Shown: in pieces, positions 40,141 through 49,150 of the stretch
How the letters are laid out: every line of letters starts with the position of its first letter
Numbering within the stretch: position 1 is the stretch's first letter
Assembly (NCBI GenBank): GCA_019057385.1
Contig: JAHQJS010000006.1
Span: 416,001 to 480,000, forward strand
DNA length: 64,000 nucleotides
Direction: 5' to 3'
DNA from: Candidatus Borrarchaeum weybense
GTDB taxonomy: Archaea; Asgardarchaeota; Sifarchaeia; Borrarchaeales; Borrarchaeaceae
The notes under the pieces: generated by a model
Databases searched by the model: none
What the model saw: only the letters and a program-made list of their open reading frames with translations
What the model was told of the DNA's origin: nothing
Position numbers and translations under genes: made by a program

Positions 40141-40158
40141 AGAAAATTAGCCGCTATA
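40141..40158 (+). promoter_or_regulatory. Conserved upstream element, copy 2
   Basis: Identical 18-mer to 39364-39381. Confidence 0.6.
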
Positions 40159-40218
40159 AGTAAGTTTAAAACCTCTCTGTCCAAAATATTTTTAGAAATT
40201 AAAAGGAGAATGAGTATA

Positions 40219-40731
40219 ATGGCACAAACTTTTCATTATAAACTAATGGAGAGACTAGAGTGGACGCTTATCGCTGCAGGTGCGGGAATTGTTCTCCTAG
40301 TATTAGGATTTGGATCCTTTTTCTTTGCTCCACAAAGTACTCTCTCAAGTATTCGGTGGTTAGAAGTATTAACGAGTAGACCAGCAGCAGAACAACCAGT
40401 GTTCTTCACGCCGCTCTCGCAAGCAATTTTTGTGATAATCGGAATTCTTGCTTTGATTAACGCGGTATTTATTTACAGAGTTTTTTCGGTCAACATTGAA
40501 GTAACTGATGATGCGATTACATATCACAGAGGAAGAAAAACCATCAGAGTTCCTTGGTCTGAAGTAACTGATGTCAAAAAACGTGTAGTCGCCTCGCGGT
40601 ATGGAGCAGGAGAACTCGTGACTCTAGTTACAGAGACAGATTCTTATAAAATTAGTTTTAATTCCACGATCAAAGGATATCCTGAACTATTGGAAGCGAT
40701 TAAGACCCACACGAACATTAAATTCGCGTAG
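40219..40731 (+). CDS. Two-TM protein with bacterial PH-like domain, paralogue 2
   Basis: Colinear with 39441-39953 (RWLEVLT, TPL, VPWSEVTDVKKRV); start placed by alignment and SD. Confidence 0.75.
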   Translation: MAQTFHYKLMERLEWTLIAAGAGIVLLVLGFGSFFFAPQSTLSSIRWLEVLTSRPAAEQPVFFTPLSQAIFVIIGILALINAVFIYRVFSVNIEVTDDAITYHRGRKTIRVPWSEVTDVKKRVVASRYGAGELVTLVTETDSYKISFNSTIKGYPELLEAIKTHTNIKFA

Positions 40732-40835
40732 TCAAACACTTTTTTTCAAACCTTTTACTTATTTTATTTTCTAAGCTTGTTGTTTGACATTTTACGGGTT
40801 CATTTTTTTGTTTGAATGCTCTAGTTTCTTTAAAT

Positions 40836-41462
40836 TCATTCTGGGAGAAGCAAAGTTAGTACAGATGCAATTGCGGCTTCTGTTGCCTTTTTTCGATCAG
40901 AAGCTGTGCCTACAATCAGGATATCACCCTCTTGGAGGTCAAAATTAGAAGTCAACTTATTATAAAGATCTTCATTTGATGCTTTAAGGTTCTCTATTGG
41001 TTTTGGAGGAATAAATAGCGTATTTTTCTCAAATATAATCGTTGTAGCACCATCTGCTCCCACTTTTATTGCCTCATCTCTCAATTCTACGCCGGTTTTC
41101 ACTTTTAACGCGGCATTTCTAAGTTGACAGATTGTATCGAACTTTCCAATAGTAAGCGCCTTTAAATTTAAGTCAGTTCGTATTTCAATAAGTTCCTTTC
41201 TAATTTCTTGCATAAGATTCTTTCCTTCGTTGCTTAACACATGTCCTTGTTTTGGGATTGCTTTTATTAATCCTATTTCCTTAAGGTGCTTAATAATGGT
41301 CCGAACGCTTGAATCACTTATCTCAAGTTCTTTTGAAAGCTTATAGCGTCCTATCGGTTCTTTTGAAGCTATATAGAGGAGAACTATTAGAATATGGGCT
41401 TTTCCAAATGAGGGATGTGGTTTACCGTTCCTGAAAATCCTTTCAAATAATTTAGTAAGCAG
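40836..41462 (-). CDS. wHTH plus DUF4443/DUF2111-like transcription regulator; CTG start
   Basis: Frame is open 74 codons above the track start, to a CTG after GGAGG, adding EPIGRYKLSKELEISDSSVRTIIKHL. C-terminal GVELRDEAIKVGADGATT. Confidence 0.8.
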   Translation of the reverse strand: MLTKLFERIFRNGKPHPSFGKAHILIVLLYIASKEPIGRYKLSKELEISDSSVRTIIKHLKEIGLIKAIPKQGHVLSNEGKNLMQEIRKELIEIRTDLNLKALTIGKFDTICQLRNAALKVKTGVELRDEAIKVGADGATTIIFEKNTLFIPPKPIENLKASNEDLYNKLTSNFDLQEGDILIVGTASDRKKATEAAIASVLTLLLPE

Positions 41463-41601
41463 AATGAAGCCTCCAAATATTCTCGCAATCTCCCCACTAT
41501 TATATATATCAAATAAAAAGTAAAAGGTTTCTGGATAGTCATTTTAACTGTATAAGACGTTAAGCTTGTTTGTAGGAAAGTAATCCATTAGAAGTGTTTG
41601 A

Positions 41602-42189
41602 CTATCGCTTCTTCTTTCTTCTCTCTTCTTTTCTTTTCAGTCTTTTGTCTCTTTTCTCAGCAAGACTCACGACCCTATTTACCCAGTCTACGTAACCCTC
41701 ATTGTATTTAAACAAAATTATGAACAGAAAGACAAAAATCGATAAAAATATAACACTTAACGTCCATTCCCACATGAACCCATATGCAACATATCCCCAG
41801 ATCAAGCTTGTTGCTCCCAAGAACGGGAGCCTACGCCATTTTTGATAACCTTTGATAGGGTCTTTTTTAAATTCTACTTCAACGCCCTTGTTAGCAACGA
41901 GAATCCAGAGCAAATGGAAAATTGATGCACCAGCTAATCCCGTAATAATTACGATTGGTTCCCAATCCCAAACCCATTTTGAAGGGTTTCTGATAAATGT
42001 ATTAAGTGCGATGTATATAGCAAGTGGCACAATAAAACTAATTATAGTGAGTATCCGCATATTCCTAGTTATGCCAGCAAGTCTCTCTTTATTCTCCAAA
42101 AGATATGTCGTCTTATACCTCATTCTTTCTTTACTCATATTTCGCACCGCGGAGATAATATCATAGATTATATGTCCTTGTATAAACAC
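41602..42189 (-). CDS. Hypothetical four-TM membrane protein
   Basis: Four hydrophobic segments and a basic tail. Confidence 0.65.
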   Translation of the reverse strand: MFIQGHIIYDIISAVRNMSKERMRYKTTYLLENKERLAGITRNMRILTIISFIVPLAIYIALNTFIRNPSKWVWDWEPIVIITGLAGASIFHLLWILVANKGVEVEFKKDPIKGYQKWRRLPFLGATSLIWGYVAYGFMWEWTLSVIFLSIFVFLFIILFKYNEGYVDWVNRVVSLAEKRDKRLKRKEERRKKKR

Positions 42190-42402
42190 AGTTTATATTT
42201 GGGACAAAATTCTTGCGCTAGCTTATATTTAATGGAACTTTAGAACACATACATCTAAGTCTTTATACTTAAAACTTTCTCTGAGTGTTCCTTTTTTAAA
42301 TCAAAATGCAAATTTTCTTACCTTCAATTTCAAGCAATCTCATAGCTAATAGTTAAATAAAGTCTTTGAAAATTTATATTGGTATAATTTCATTTTAGAA
42401 GT

Positions 42403-42617
42403 TTAATTATTGATAAAGTTATAGATGAGTCTGCATTTCTCCGAGAGTTTCCAAAGCACTTCTTCCTGTTCAGGAGTCGGAAAGATCCTGATTTGCTGTG
42501 TCAGTTTCATGGGTTTCACGCAGACTCTATTATCAGAACTTCTACCCCAAAAATACTATATAAAGCTAGCGGCTTTCATCCCCCACCTTTCGGAAGGGAA
42601 CTTCCCCGCCGCATAAG
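42403..42617 (-). mobile_element. tnpB: IS605-family relic: left end plus first 35 codons of tnpB
   Basis: TTTAA, then an LE hairpin like 19748; ORF 42510-42403 MKLTQQIRIFPTPEQEEVLWKLSEKCRLIYN matches the HTH_OrfB_IS605 N-terminus. Confidence 0.8.
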
Positions 42618-42762
42618 TTAAATGAAAAAGGTTCAGACGAATAACTAGCTCCAAATTAACCTCCAACTAGATAGATGCATAACTATATAAGAGATCAAGA
42701 GTCCTTCTACAAAAAATCAACTTGTAAGAATTCTGAAGATTTTGGTTTCGAGGTGAGAATAC

Positions 42763-42993
42763 ATGACAAAATGTCCCCAATGTGAATCTGATAGTGTTGT
42801 AAGTGGATCTTTTGGAGGTGGGTTTACAATACCGACAATAGTTGCCTCATGTTTGAAATGTGGGCTATTTTGGCAAATTAGCGAACGGGATGGAATGGTA
42901 ATTAAGCGCCTGCCTGTTATAAAAGACTTCAGAAAAAAACACCGCGAAAAAATCTTAAAAAAGCAAGGAATTGAACCAACCCAGAAAGAATGA
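42763..42993 (+). CDS. Small zinc-ribbon protein
   Basis: CPQC...CLKCG; GAGGTGA SD. Confidence 0.7.
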   Translation: MTKCPQCESDSVVSGSFGGGFTIPTIVASCLKCGLFWQISERDGMVIKRLPVIKDFRKKHREKILKKQGIEPTQKE

Positions 42994-43065
42994 TTTCTCC
43001 CCTAGTTATTAACTCAATATCAAATTACTCTCGAAGATATAATAGATTAAAATGAAGGTGATCTA

Positions 43066-43674
43066 ATGAAGTTACCTCGCAAAACTTTTGAATTTGTAGA
43101 CAGTTCGCTTATTACTTACAGTCCTACAAGACTACGTATGGAATTTTATATCTCCTTCGCGTCAGTCTGCATCCTTCTAGCGTCTTTTGTGTTTTGGAAC
43201 AGCCCCGGCTGGATGTTTTATGCAGATATTGCCTATCTTCAACTTGTGTTAGGTTTGGTTTTGACTGTCGTTGCTATGACTTTCTTATGGATCGTCCTAA
43301 CCTTAGAAAAGTTTGTTGTAAAAAAAATAAGAATTAAGAAATATAAGATAGAAGTAATAGCATCCTTTGTAACTTTGCCCTTTGAGTTCTTCGTGGTGTA
43401 CGTCATACTAGATTTTATAGAGTATTTCAGACCAATATCATCTGTACTCCAAGGCATTACTGCAGCCTTCATAATTGTTGCACTGCTTCTCCTCTCTCTA
43501 TGGGCTGCGTTCTCTCTTGAAAGATGGCATTCTGTAAGAAAAAGCCTGTCTGGTGAAGATGAACAAATATCAGTTGAAGATTGGGTCGAAGAATACGAGA
43601 AAATAGATGAATCTGAGGAGGAGGACGAATACGTAAAAGAAAGAGAATTTGAAGAAATTGACTATTCGTCATAG
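43066..43674 (+). CDS. Four-TM membrane protein with acidic C-terminal tail
   Basis: Hydrophobic helices, E/D-rich tail, AGGTGA SD. Confidence 0.7.
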   Translation: MKLPRKTFEFVDSSLITYSPTRLRMEFYISFASVCILLASFVFWNSPGWMFYADIAYLQLVLGLVLTVVAMTFLWIVLTLEKFVVKKIRIKKYKIEVIASFVTLPFEFFVVYVILDFIEYFRPISSVLQGITAAFIIVALLLLSLWAAFSLERWHSVRKSLSGEDEQISVEDWVEEYEKIDESEEEDEYVKEREFEEIDYSS

Positions 43675-44035
43675 TGATTCCTCTCTTTTTCTATACTGTA
43701 TATAACATGTAATCCACTCTTCCCTTCTTACAATGGCGTTTAAGCGCTTCTATTTTTTAATCCTTTATGCATATTCTTTTCATAGGTGCGATTCCTCTCA
43801 TTCTTTCATAACTGCATATAAACTAAAGTTGATTGAATTACAAAAAAGTGAATTTGTTGATACTACTTGAGTACTATTTTCTTAGGACTTGGCGCCTTAT
43901 TGTAAACTTCATTAAAAATTGAGGTCGACGGTTAATCGGAAGTAAGCTTTATATATAACTTGTTATGGTATAGTTTTTCCAAACCTATACGTATAAACAA
44001 AAAAACCTAATTAGGTAAAAATATAGGAAATTTCG

Positions 44036-44623
44036 GTGAGCATAAAAATGCCATTTGCAGGAGCTGTTGGAGTACCCGCACCCGCTGTCGCCATTGGTAT
44101 GAGCGGATTAATCTTCCCATTGTGGGCCATCGGTGCCGCCATCTTTCTCGGCTATGAATTTACCCCAGCTGAGGGTAAAGCTCTCGGTGCTACCTGTCTA
44201 GTTGGTTGCTATTCATTAAGTTTCCAGGGGCTTTGGCACATCGTTGCTAACCCATTAGGTGGTGTCTTTAGCATCATCTTTGCCACGATTCCATTCATGT
44301 ATGCCGTTACCTGGCTCGTTGGCTTCTTTGTCAACGTCTTCGGATTTGACGGTAAAGTTCTTGGACAAGTATGTCTACAAGAAATGATACCGCAAATTAT
44401 AGCCTCGGTAGCATGTTGGATGGCTGGTGGAACTCAACCAATGCTACAAATTGACTTGTGGTTCTATATCCTTGTGCTATTTGGATTCTTCCTCTTTACA
44501 CACGGATACGGCGGAAAAGGCGGTGCGTACTACTGTGGGCTGTTCTGCTTCCTTTCCTGGATTGCTACCGTCCACCTACAATTCTGGTGGAGTGGAATCT
44601 TCGATCCAGGTCCCTTCTGGTAG
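44036..44623 (+). CDS. Six-TM channel, SatP/GPR1-FUN34-YaaH or AmiS/UreI-like
   Basis: ~195 aa, six TM helices, N-terminal PAP motif; higher GC with C-ending codons; T-rich terminator follows. Confidence 0.55.
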   Translation: MSIKMPFAGAVGVPAPAVAIGMSGLIFPLWAIGAAIFLGYEFTPAEGKALGATCLVGCYSLSFQGLWHIVANPLGGVFSIIFATIPFMYAVTWLVGFFVNVFGFDGKVLGQVCLQEMIPQIIASVACWMAGGTQPMLQIDLWFYILVLFGFFLFTHGYGGKGGAYYCGLFCFLSWIATVHLQFWWSGIFDPGPFW

Positions 44624-44789
44624 GAAGCCTGACATCTGCGTAGTAAAAGCACAAAACCCTTTTTTTTCTTTTTTTCCATTTTCTAGCTTCTCAAGTTTGT
44701 TAAGTTGTTTTCATATTCTAGATGTTTGAATGTAAAACAGAATTATTCAAGTTTTCAAACCTGTCGAATAGCACAATGGAGAGGATAAA

Positions 44790-45320
44790 CTGACAGAAAT
44801 TTCACGTAACGAAATTGAAAATGCCTTTACTGGTAGTTTCACAAAAAAGGAACTAACTGAAATAGCAAAAGAACACGATCTTAAGGGATTATCAAAACTT
44901 AAGAAACAAGAACTTATCGATTTTTTATTTAAGAATGTAGATTTAGCAACCTTATATACCTACGCAGAAGAATGTATCAAAAAACAGCGGAAGCTGAAAG
45001 CTGAAATAAAAGACTTATCATTTGAAGAACTTCTTGCCAAACTTACTGATGAAAAGAGACTAAAAAATGGCTTATCAATCCCTGACTCTGAGGTAAAACT
45101 CATAGAAGAGGGGGAAGGCACTTGGCATTTCAGAATAAAAAACTATAATTGTCAAATTGACGTGAATCGTCGGATAATTCGTCATGATTGTACTGATTGG
45201 GGTTTTCGCGGGAAAAAAGAACATATCCTATGCAAACACATGATCAAAGCGATCTCGAAGATTGATAATGCAGAAACTATTGTGAAACGTCTAATTTTAG
45301 ATAGATGGGTCTATCTATGA
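44790..45320 (+). CDS. Rho-N/HEH-like domain plus SWIM zinc finger protein; CTG start (absent from ORF track)
   Basis: 176-aa ORF after GGAGAGG: TKKELTEIAKEHDLKGLSKLKKQELIDFL ... HDCTDWGFRGKKEHILCKHM. Confidence 0.8.
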   Translation: MTEISRNEIENAFTGSFTKKELTEIAKEHDLKGLSKLKKQELIDFLFKNVDLATLYTYAEECIKKQRKLKAEIKDLSFEELLAKLTDEKRLKNGLSIPDSEVKLIEEGEGTWHFRIKNYNCQIDVNRRIIRHDCTDWGFRGKKEHILCKHMIKAISKIDNAETIVKRLILDRWVYL

Positions 45321-45503
45321 GGATCTTCAGTCGTAATTACTTTCCAATGAAAAATCCAATGGAGCTCTTATTTATGAACTTCTAGGAGATTGTGATTCCT
45401 TTAAATGGAGTACCACGCAAGAGGTACTTGCAGCAACAACTAGCGGACTTAATTTAATTTATAAATTTTGAAAACTATTATTCAAAATATATGGTTTAAA
45501 TGA

Positions 45504-47975
45504 ATGATTATAATTATTAAACGCTTAATTCTCGGAAGTGATTATTTGAGTGAATTATTATCAGCAATAATATTTGCATTGATTTTTGGTGCATTATCTT
45601 GGATCCCTGGATTTGGAGATTTAATGTTTAGAGTTACGGACTTAGCAGGAGTTACGGAATTAGCAGGAATCGAAATAGCGCCAGGTCACCCATTACTTAT
45701 TTGGGTAGGATTTGGGTTTGCGATAGGTATAGGATGTCGTTTCCTTTTAGATGCCTATACTACTCTTATGAAATTAGGGTCTGCAGGAGTACGTGGTGCT
45801 ACTGAAGGATTCTTTAGCGGAGGAGAGACGCAAAAAAGTGCTGTAACATCAATTGTGCTCTTTGGGTGCGCAATTTCCATCGTTTCACTTACAAGTTATA
45901 TTACAGTCTACATAACTCCAGTTTTTGAATATCTTCAATTAGTGGAAAATACGCTTCTTATAATCGGAGACTATTTAGCAATCACTCTTGGTGTGGTTCT
46001 CATATTTATTGGTGTTATATCTTACCGGACGGGAAGGTTCGTGAGAACTGTTGCGAGAAAACAGGTTAGTGCACCGCAATTTCTGTTTGGAGCATTCTTC
46101 TTTGGTCTGATGCAAATTGTAGATCTTAGAGTCGGAATTTTCGCCCTGGTTATTGCATTTCTTGCAGCAGGTTTTTCTCCATCATTAGCATTGAGAATTC
46201 CGCTCTTTTTTGCAATTCCTAGTTCCTTGATGACAGCTTTTGGTTTGATTAGTCGAACTGGAGGTGTAGTTCTTACAGATTCTATAGTTATAGTATTAAT
46301 TCTTGTGAGTGCACTTTCAACATTTGTAGTGCTATCGTTTGTGTTTCGATTTACTGAAAAATTGAGTTTAGGAAGTTTTAGTGGATTAATTGGAATTCTT
46401 ATTTTGGTCGTAAGCAGCAGCATTCTCTTTGGATTCAGTTTAGACAAACTTGGATATTATGCTCTTTTTGGAATAGGAGCTGTTGGTGCAAGTATTTTCT
46501 CCGTTGAATTGTTCACAGAGGTTAGCAGAAGAAGCAAAGTTAAAGGTATTACTAAAGAGATTTTAGATGACACAAAAAGAGCGACAGAGCAAGCGAGAAT
46601 AATCAGAGCAGTTGAAGTAAATAATCTCACGACAAGTTCTGGTGAACTTAAAGAAATAGCCGAACCGATGAATTTTGTTATAATGCAAGGGAGGATTGAA
46701 CGAACAAATTCAATGGTTAAATCAGTTTCGGAGAGTGAATTACGACGAATTCAAAGTGAAATAAGTGATCCAGATCCCAAGAAACGTAAAGAAATCCAAC
46801 AGAAATTGAATGACATTATGGCATCATTGCCAACATTGACACTTCAAGAGTTTTCAAAAGTTAAAGAATTGGGAACTGAACTTGAGTTAGCGCTCTCAGA
46901 TGAATCTGAATGGGTGCGTTATTTTGCAGTGGATTCTTTGGCCCATCTTCTCTCAGCGTATGGAATGGTTTTGGAGAACACCCTTCCCGAATGGGTAACG
47001 GATGTCGTTGAAAAACTAAAACTTCTTCTAAATGATGTCGATCTTGATGTCCGTTATATGACTGCAAAAACAATTGGCGTTATTGGAAGCATCGACCCAG
47101 AGAAAGTGCGTTCAGTTATTCCACAATTAAGTCAACTTACTGATGATGTAAACAAGGAAGTACGCTATGTAACAATAGATTCTCTTAAGAACATCGTTTT
47201 GTTTGAAGTTATTTCTTCAGGTTTGCCACGCATAATTGACAAGTTTAATGATTCAGATAAAGATGTACGTCTGATAGCAATCCGGGCTACTTGTGAACTC
47301 TATAAGAATTTCCCAGACAAAATGGACTCAGTGATTGAACCCTTAAAGGAATTACAAAAAGATTCTGATAAAGACGTCAGGAAGGAAGCATTTGCTGCTC
47401 TCTCTGTTATTTCCGCTGAAGAAGCGAGGGCTATCCCAATAAGTGAAATAGCAGAGGATGAAATAAAGGCGGTAGCAGAGGTACCAGCAGAAAAGACAGT
47501 AAAACTACGTCCTACAATTACTACTCTGACCTCAAATCTTAAATGGAAGCAAAAAGACTTAGGAAAAATGCTAAAAGTAATCGAAAAAGGCCCTAACATG
47601 ACTTACACAGTTTCAATTGCATTTAAAAACAGTAGTGGCATAACCCTGAAAAAACTGAAGATCATTGATGAACTACCACGCTCCTTTGAAATTACTAATT
47701 TCCTGCCAAAAAAAGAGAAGCCAAAGATTAAAACTCAAGAAGATGCAAAAGAAGCAACTTGGACGCTCAAGAACTTAGATACTGATCAGATATTTACAGT
47801 GGCATATATAGCTAATGGGTCAGAATCATATTTGTCAAAACCTCCAAGAGTTGAAATTGATGGCTTTGTAGAAACAGGGACAACTACAGATGCTATGGAT
47901 AAAGCGAAGAGGAAGAAATTCAGACTGCCAGTATTACACGCAAGACTGAGAAAACAGCAAATCGCTGAAGCATAG
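45504..47975 (+). CDS. Degenerate UppP/BacA-like multi-TM domain, HEAT repeats and C-terminal Ig-like domain
   Basis: 8-9 TM helices with UppP-like remnants (ALSWIPG, FGLMQ, ALRIPLFFAIP); D...VRY/L HEAT units; YTVSIAFKNSSGITLKKLKIIDELPRSF beta-sandwich. Start may be TTG at 45546. Confidence 0.7.
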   Translation: MIIIIKRLILGSDYLSELLSAIIFALIFGALSWIPGFGDLMFRVTDLAGVTELAGIEIAPGHPLLIWVGFGFAIGIGCRFLLDAYTTLMKLGSAGVRGATEGFFSGGETQKSAVTSIVLFGCAISIVSLTSYITVYITPVFEYLQLVENTLLIIGDYLAITLGVVLIFIGVISYRTGRFVRTVARKQVSAPQFLFGAFFFGLMQIVDLRVGIFALVIAFLAAGFSPSLALRIPLFFAIPSSLMTAFGLISRTGGVVLTDSIVIVLILVSALSTFVVLSFVFRFTEKLSLGSFSGLIGILILVVSSSILFGFSLDKLGYYALFGIGAVGASIFSVELFTEVSRRSKVKGITKEILDDTKRATEQARIIRAVEVNNLTTSSGELKEIAEPMNFVIMQGRIERTNSMVKSVSESELRRIQSEISDPDPKKRKEIQQKLNDIMASLPTLTLQEFSKVKELGTELELALSDESEWVRYFAVDSLAHLLSAYGMVLENTLPEWVTDVVEKLKLLLNDVDLDVRYMTAKTIGVIGSIDPEKVRSVIPQLSQLTDDVNKEVRYVTIDSLKNIVLFEVISSGLPRIIDKFNDSDKDVRLIAIRATCELYKNFPDKMDSVIEPLKELQKDSDKDVRKEAFAALSVISAEEARAIPISEIAEDEIKAVAEVPAEKTVKLRPTITTLTSNLKWKQKDLGKMLKVIEKGPNMTYTVSIAFKNSSGITLKKLKIIDELPRSFEITNFLPKKEKPKIKTQEDAKEATWTLKNLDTDQIFTVAYIANGSESYLSKPPRVEIDGFVETGTTTDAMDKAKRKKFRLPVLHARLRKQQIAEA

Positions 47976-47991
47976 AATTTCCTTACAAAAG

Positions 47992-48864
47992 GTGAAGAAA
48001 ATGAGATCGATTGTAAATGATGAAGCTATGATTGAGTTATTATCAAATCTATATCCTCCACTCACAGTAAAAGAGATCAAGGATGTTTTACCAGACTTTT
48101 CATCGAATAAAGACAAAGATATTAAGGATATTTTAAATAAGCTTAGTTCTACAAGCGAAATGGCTCTTCCTTCTCTTTTTAAGAGCATTGTGCTTGAAAA
48201 AAGAGGAACATTCAAGAGTGAAATGAAGAAAAAAACAGAAAGTTATTTTCAAGATGAAGTTAGTTTAGACGCATACAAGACTGATGTTACAATTGGAAAA
48301 GGCAAGACTGTTCTAAAAATTGATATTTTAGGGAGGAAAGAGAATAACGATATTTGCTCTTTTGTCATGGAAAACTTAGATATCGAATCTTTTGAAAGTT
48401 TTAAGACAATGCTGGTCACAATTCTTTCTTATGCAAAGATTTCTCCAGTTGAAATTTATTTAGTAACTCCAAAGGAAACAGATAACAAAATTGTGGAGCA
48501 TGTGAAAAAAAACAAAGCATTAAAATATGTGAAAACTTCTGGAACTGAAATTGATGCCGAGTTCAAACCAATTCTTTACGAATCAGAGATTTCTCGCACG
48601 GCAACCTTAACAATTGAAAAAGAAGATATCTTCGGAGATACAATTCAGATTGGCAGTTTTTCAGGCAGTAGTTTTAAGGATAAAGATGAGCTAATAAAGT
48701 TACTTATAGAAAAATATAGCAAATATGGTGAAGAAATATTTCGTTGCAAATCGTTAGATCATTTCAATAAGAAAACCAGTAAATTCAGCTTTGATACGAC
48801 AACTACATTAGCCTCGGACGTTACAGAAATCACTCAAACCACTCGTTTTAAAGAAAATAAATAA
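47992..48864 (+). CDS. Hypothetical protein, possibly inactive restriction-endonuclease-like fold
   Basis: 290-aa ORF 16 nt after the upstream stop; DVTIG....KIDILG...EIYLVT pattern. Confidence 0.55.
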   Translation: MKKMRSIVNDEAMIELLSNLYPPLTVKEIKDVLPDFSSNKDKDIKDILNKLSSTSEMALPSLFKSIVLEKRGTFKSEMKKKTESYFQDEVSLDAYKTDVTIGKGKTVLKIDILGRKENNDICSFVMENLDIESFESFKTMLVTILSYAKISPVEIYLVTPKETDNKIVEHVKKNKALKYVKTSGTEIDAEFKPILYESEISRTATLTIEKEDIFGDTIQIGSFSGSSFKDKDELIKLLIEKYSKYGEEIFRCKSLDHFNKKTSKFSFDTTTTLASDVTEITQTTRFKENK

Positions 48865-48915
48865 AGCAGAAAAGTTTCTGAGTTGTTGTTAAACTCAAAG
48901 TATTTAAAAGAAAAA

Positions 48916-49039
48916 TGGCGGCTCCCGAGCGGATTTTCGTATTCATTTTTGAATTTTACAAATATATCGAACCGCAAGCCCTCATCGAGCTACCGGGTTT
49001 GAAGCCCGGTGCGCGAGACCACTCGTGCTTTCGGGAGCC
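48916..49039 (-). tRNA. selC: tRNA-Sec (UCA) with 32-nt BHB intron in the T-loop (48934-48965, position 59/60)
   Basis: 9-bp acceptor GGCTCCCGA/TCGGGAGCC, G73, encoded CCA; 7-position D stem with TGGT loop; CCGGG-CT-TCA-AA-CCCGG; long variable arm; 4-bp T stem GCGG/CCGC; 92 nt after splicing. Confidence 0.93.
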
Positions 49040-49150
49040 GACTGAACTATCTACTTAAGTATAATTCTCTATATTTGACTCTCATTATAAATGGGTCTTT
49101 TCATCTCTTAAAAAATAAGCTGTTTGTATTCTTTTTTAAGATGGTTTTCT

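Noticed and set aside
42425-42616. 63-aa plus-strand ORF
   Set aside because: Antisense shadow of the IS605 left end and tnpB fragment.
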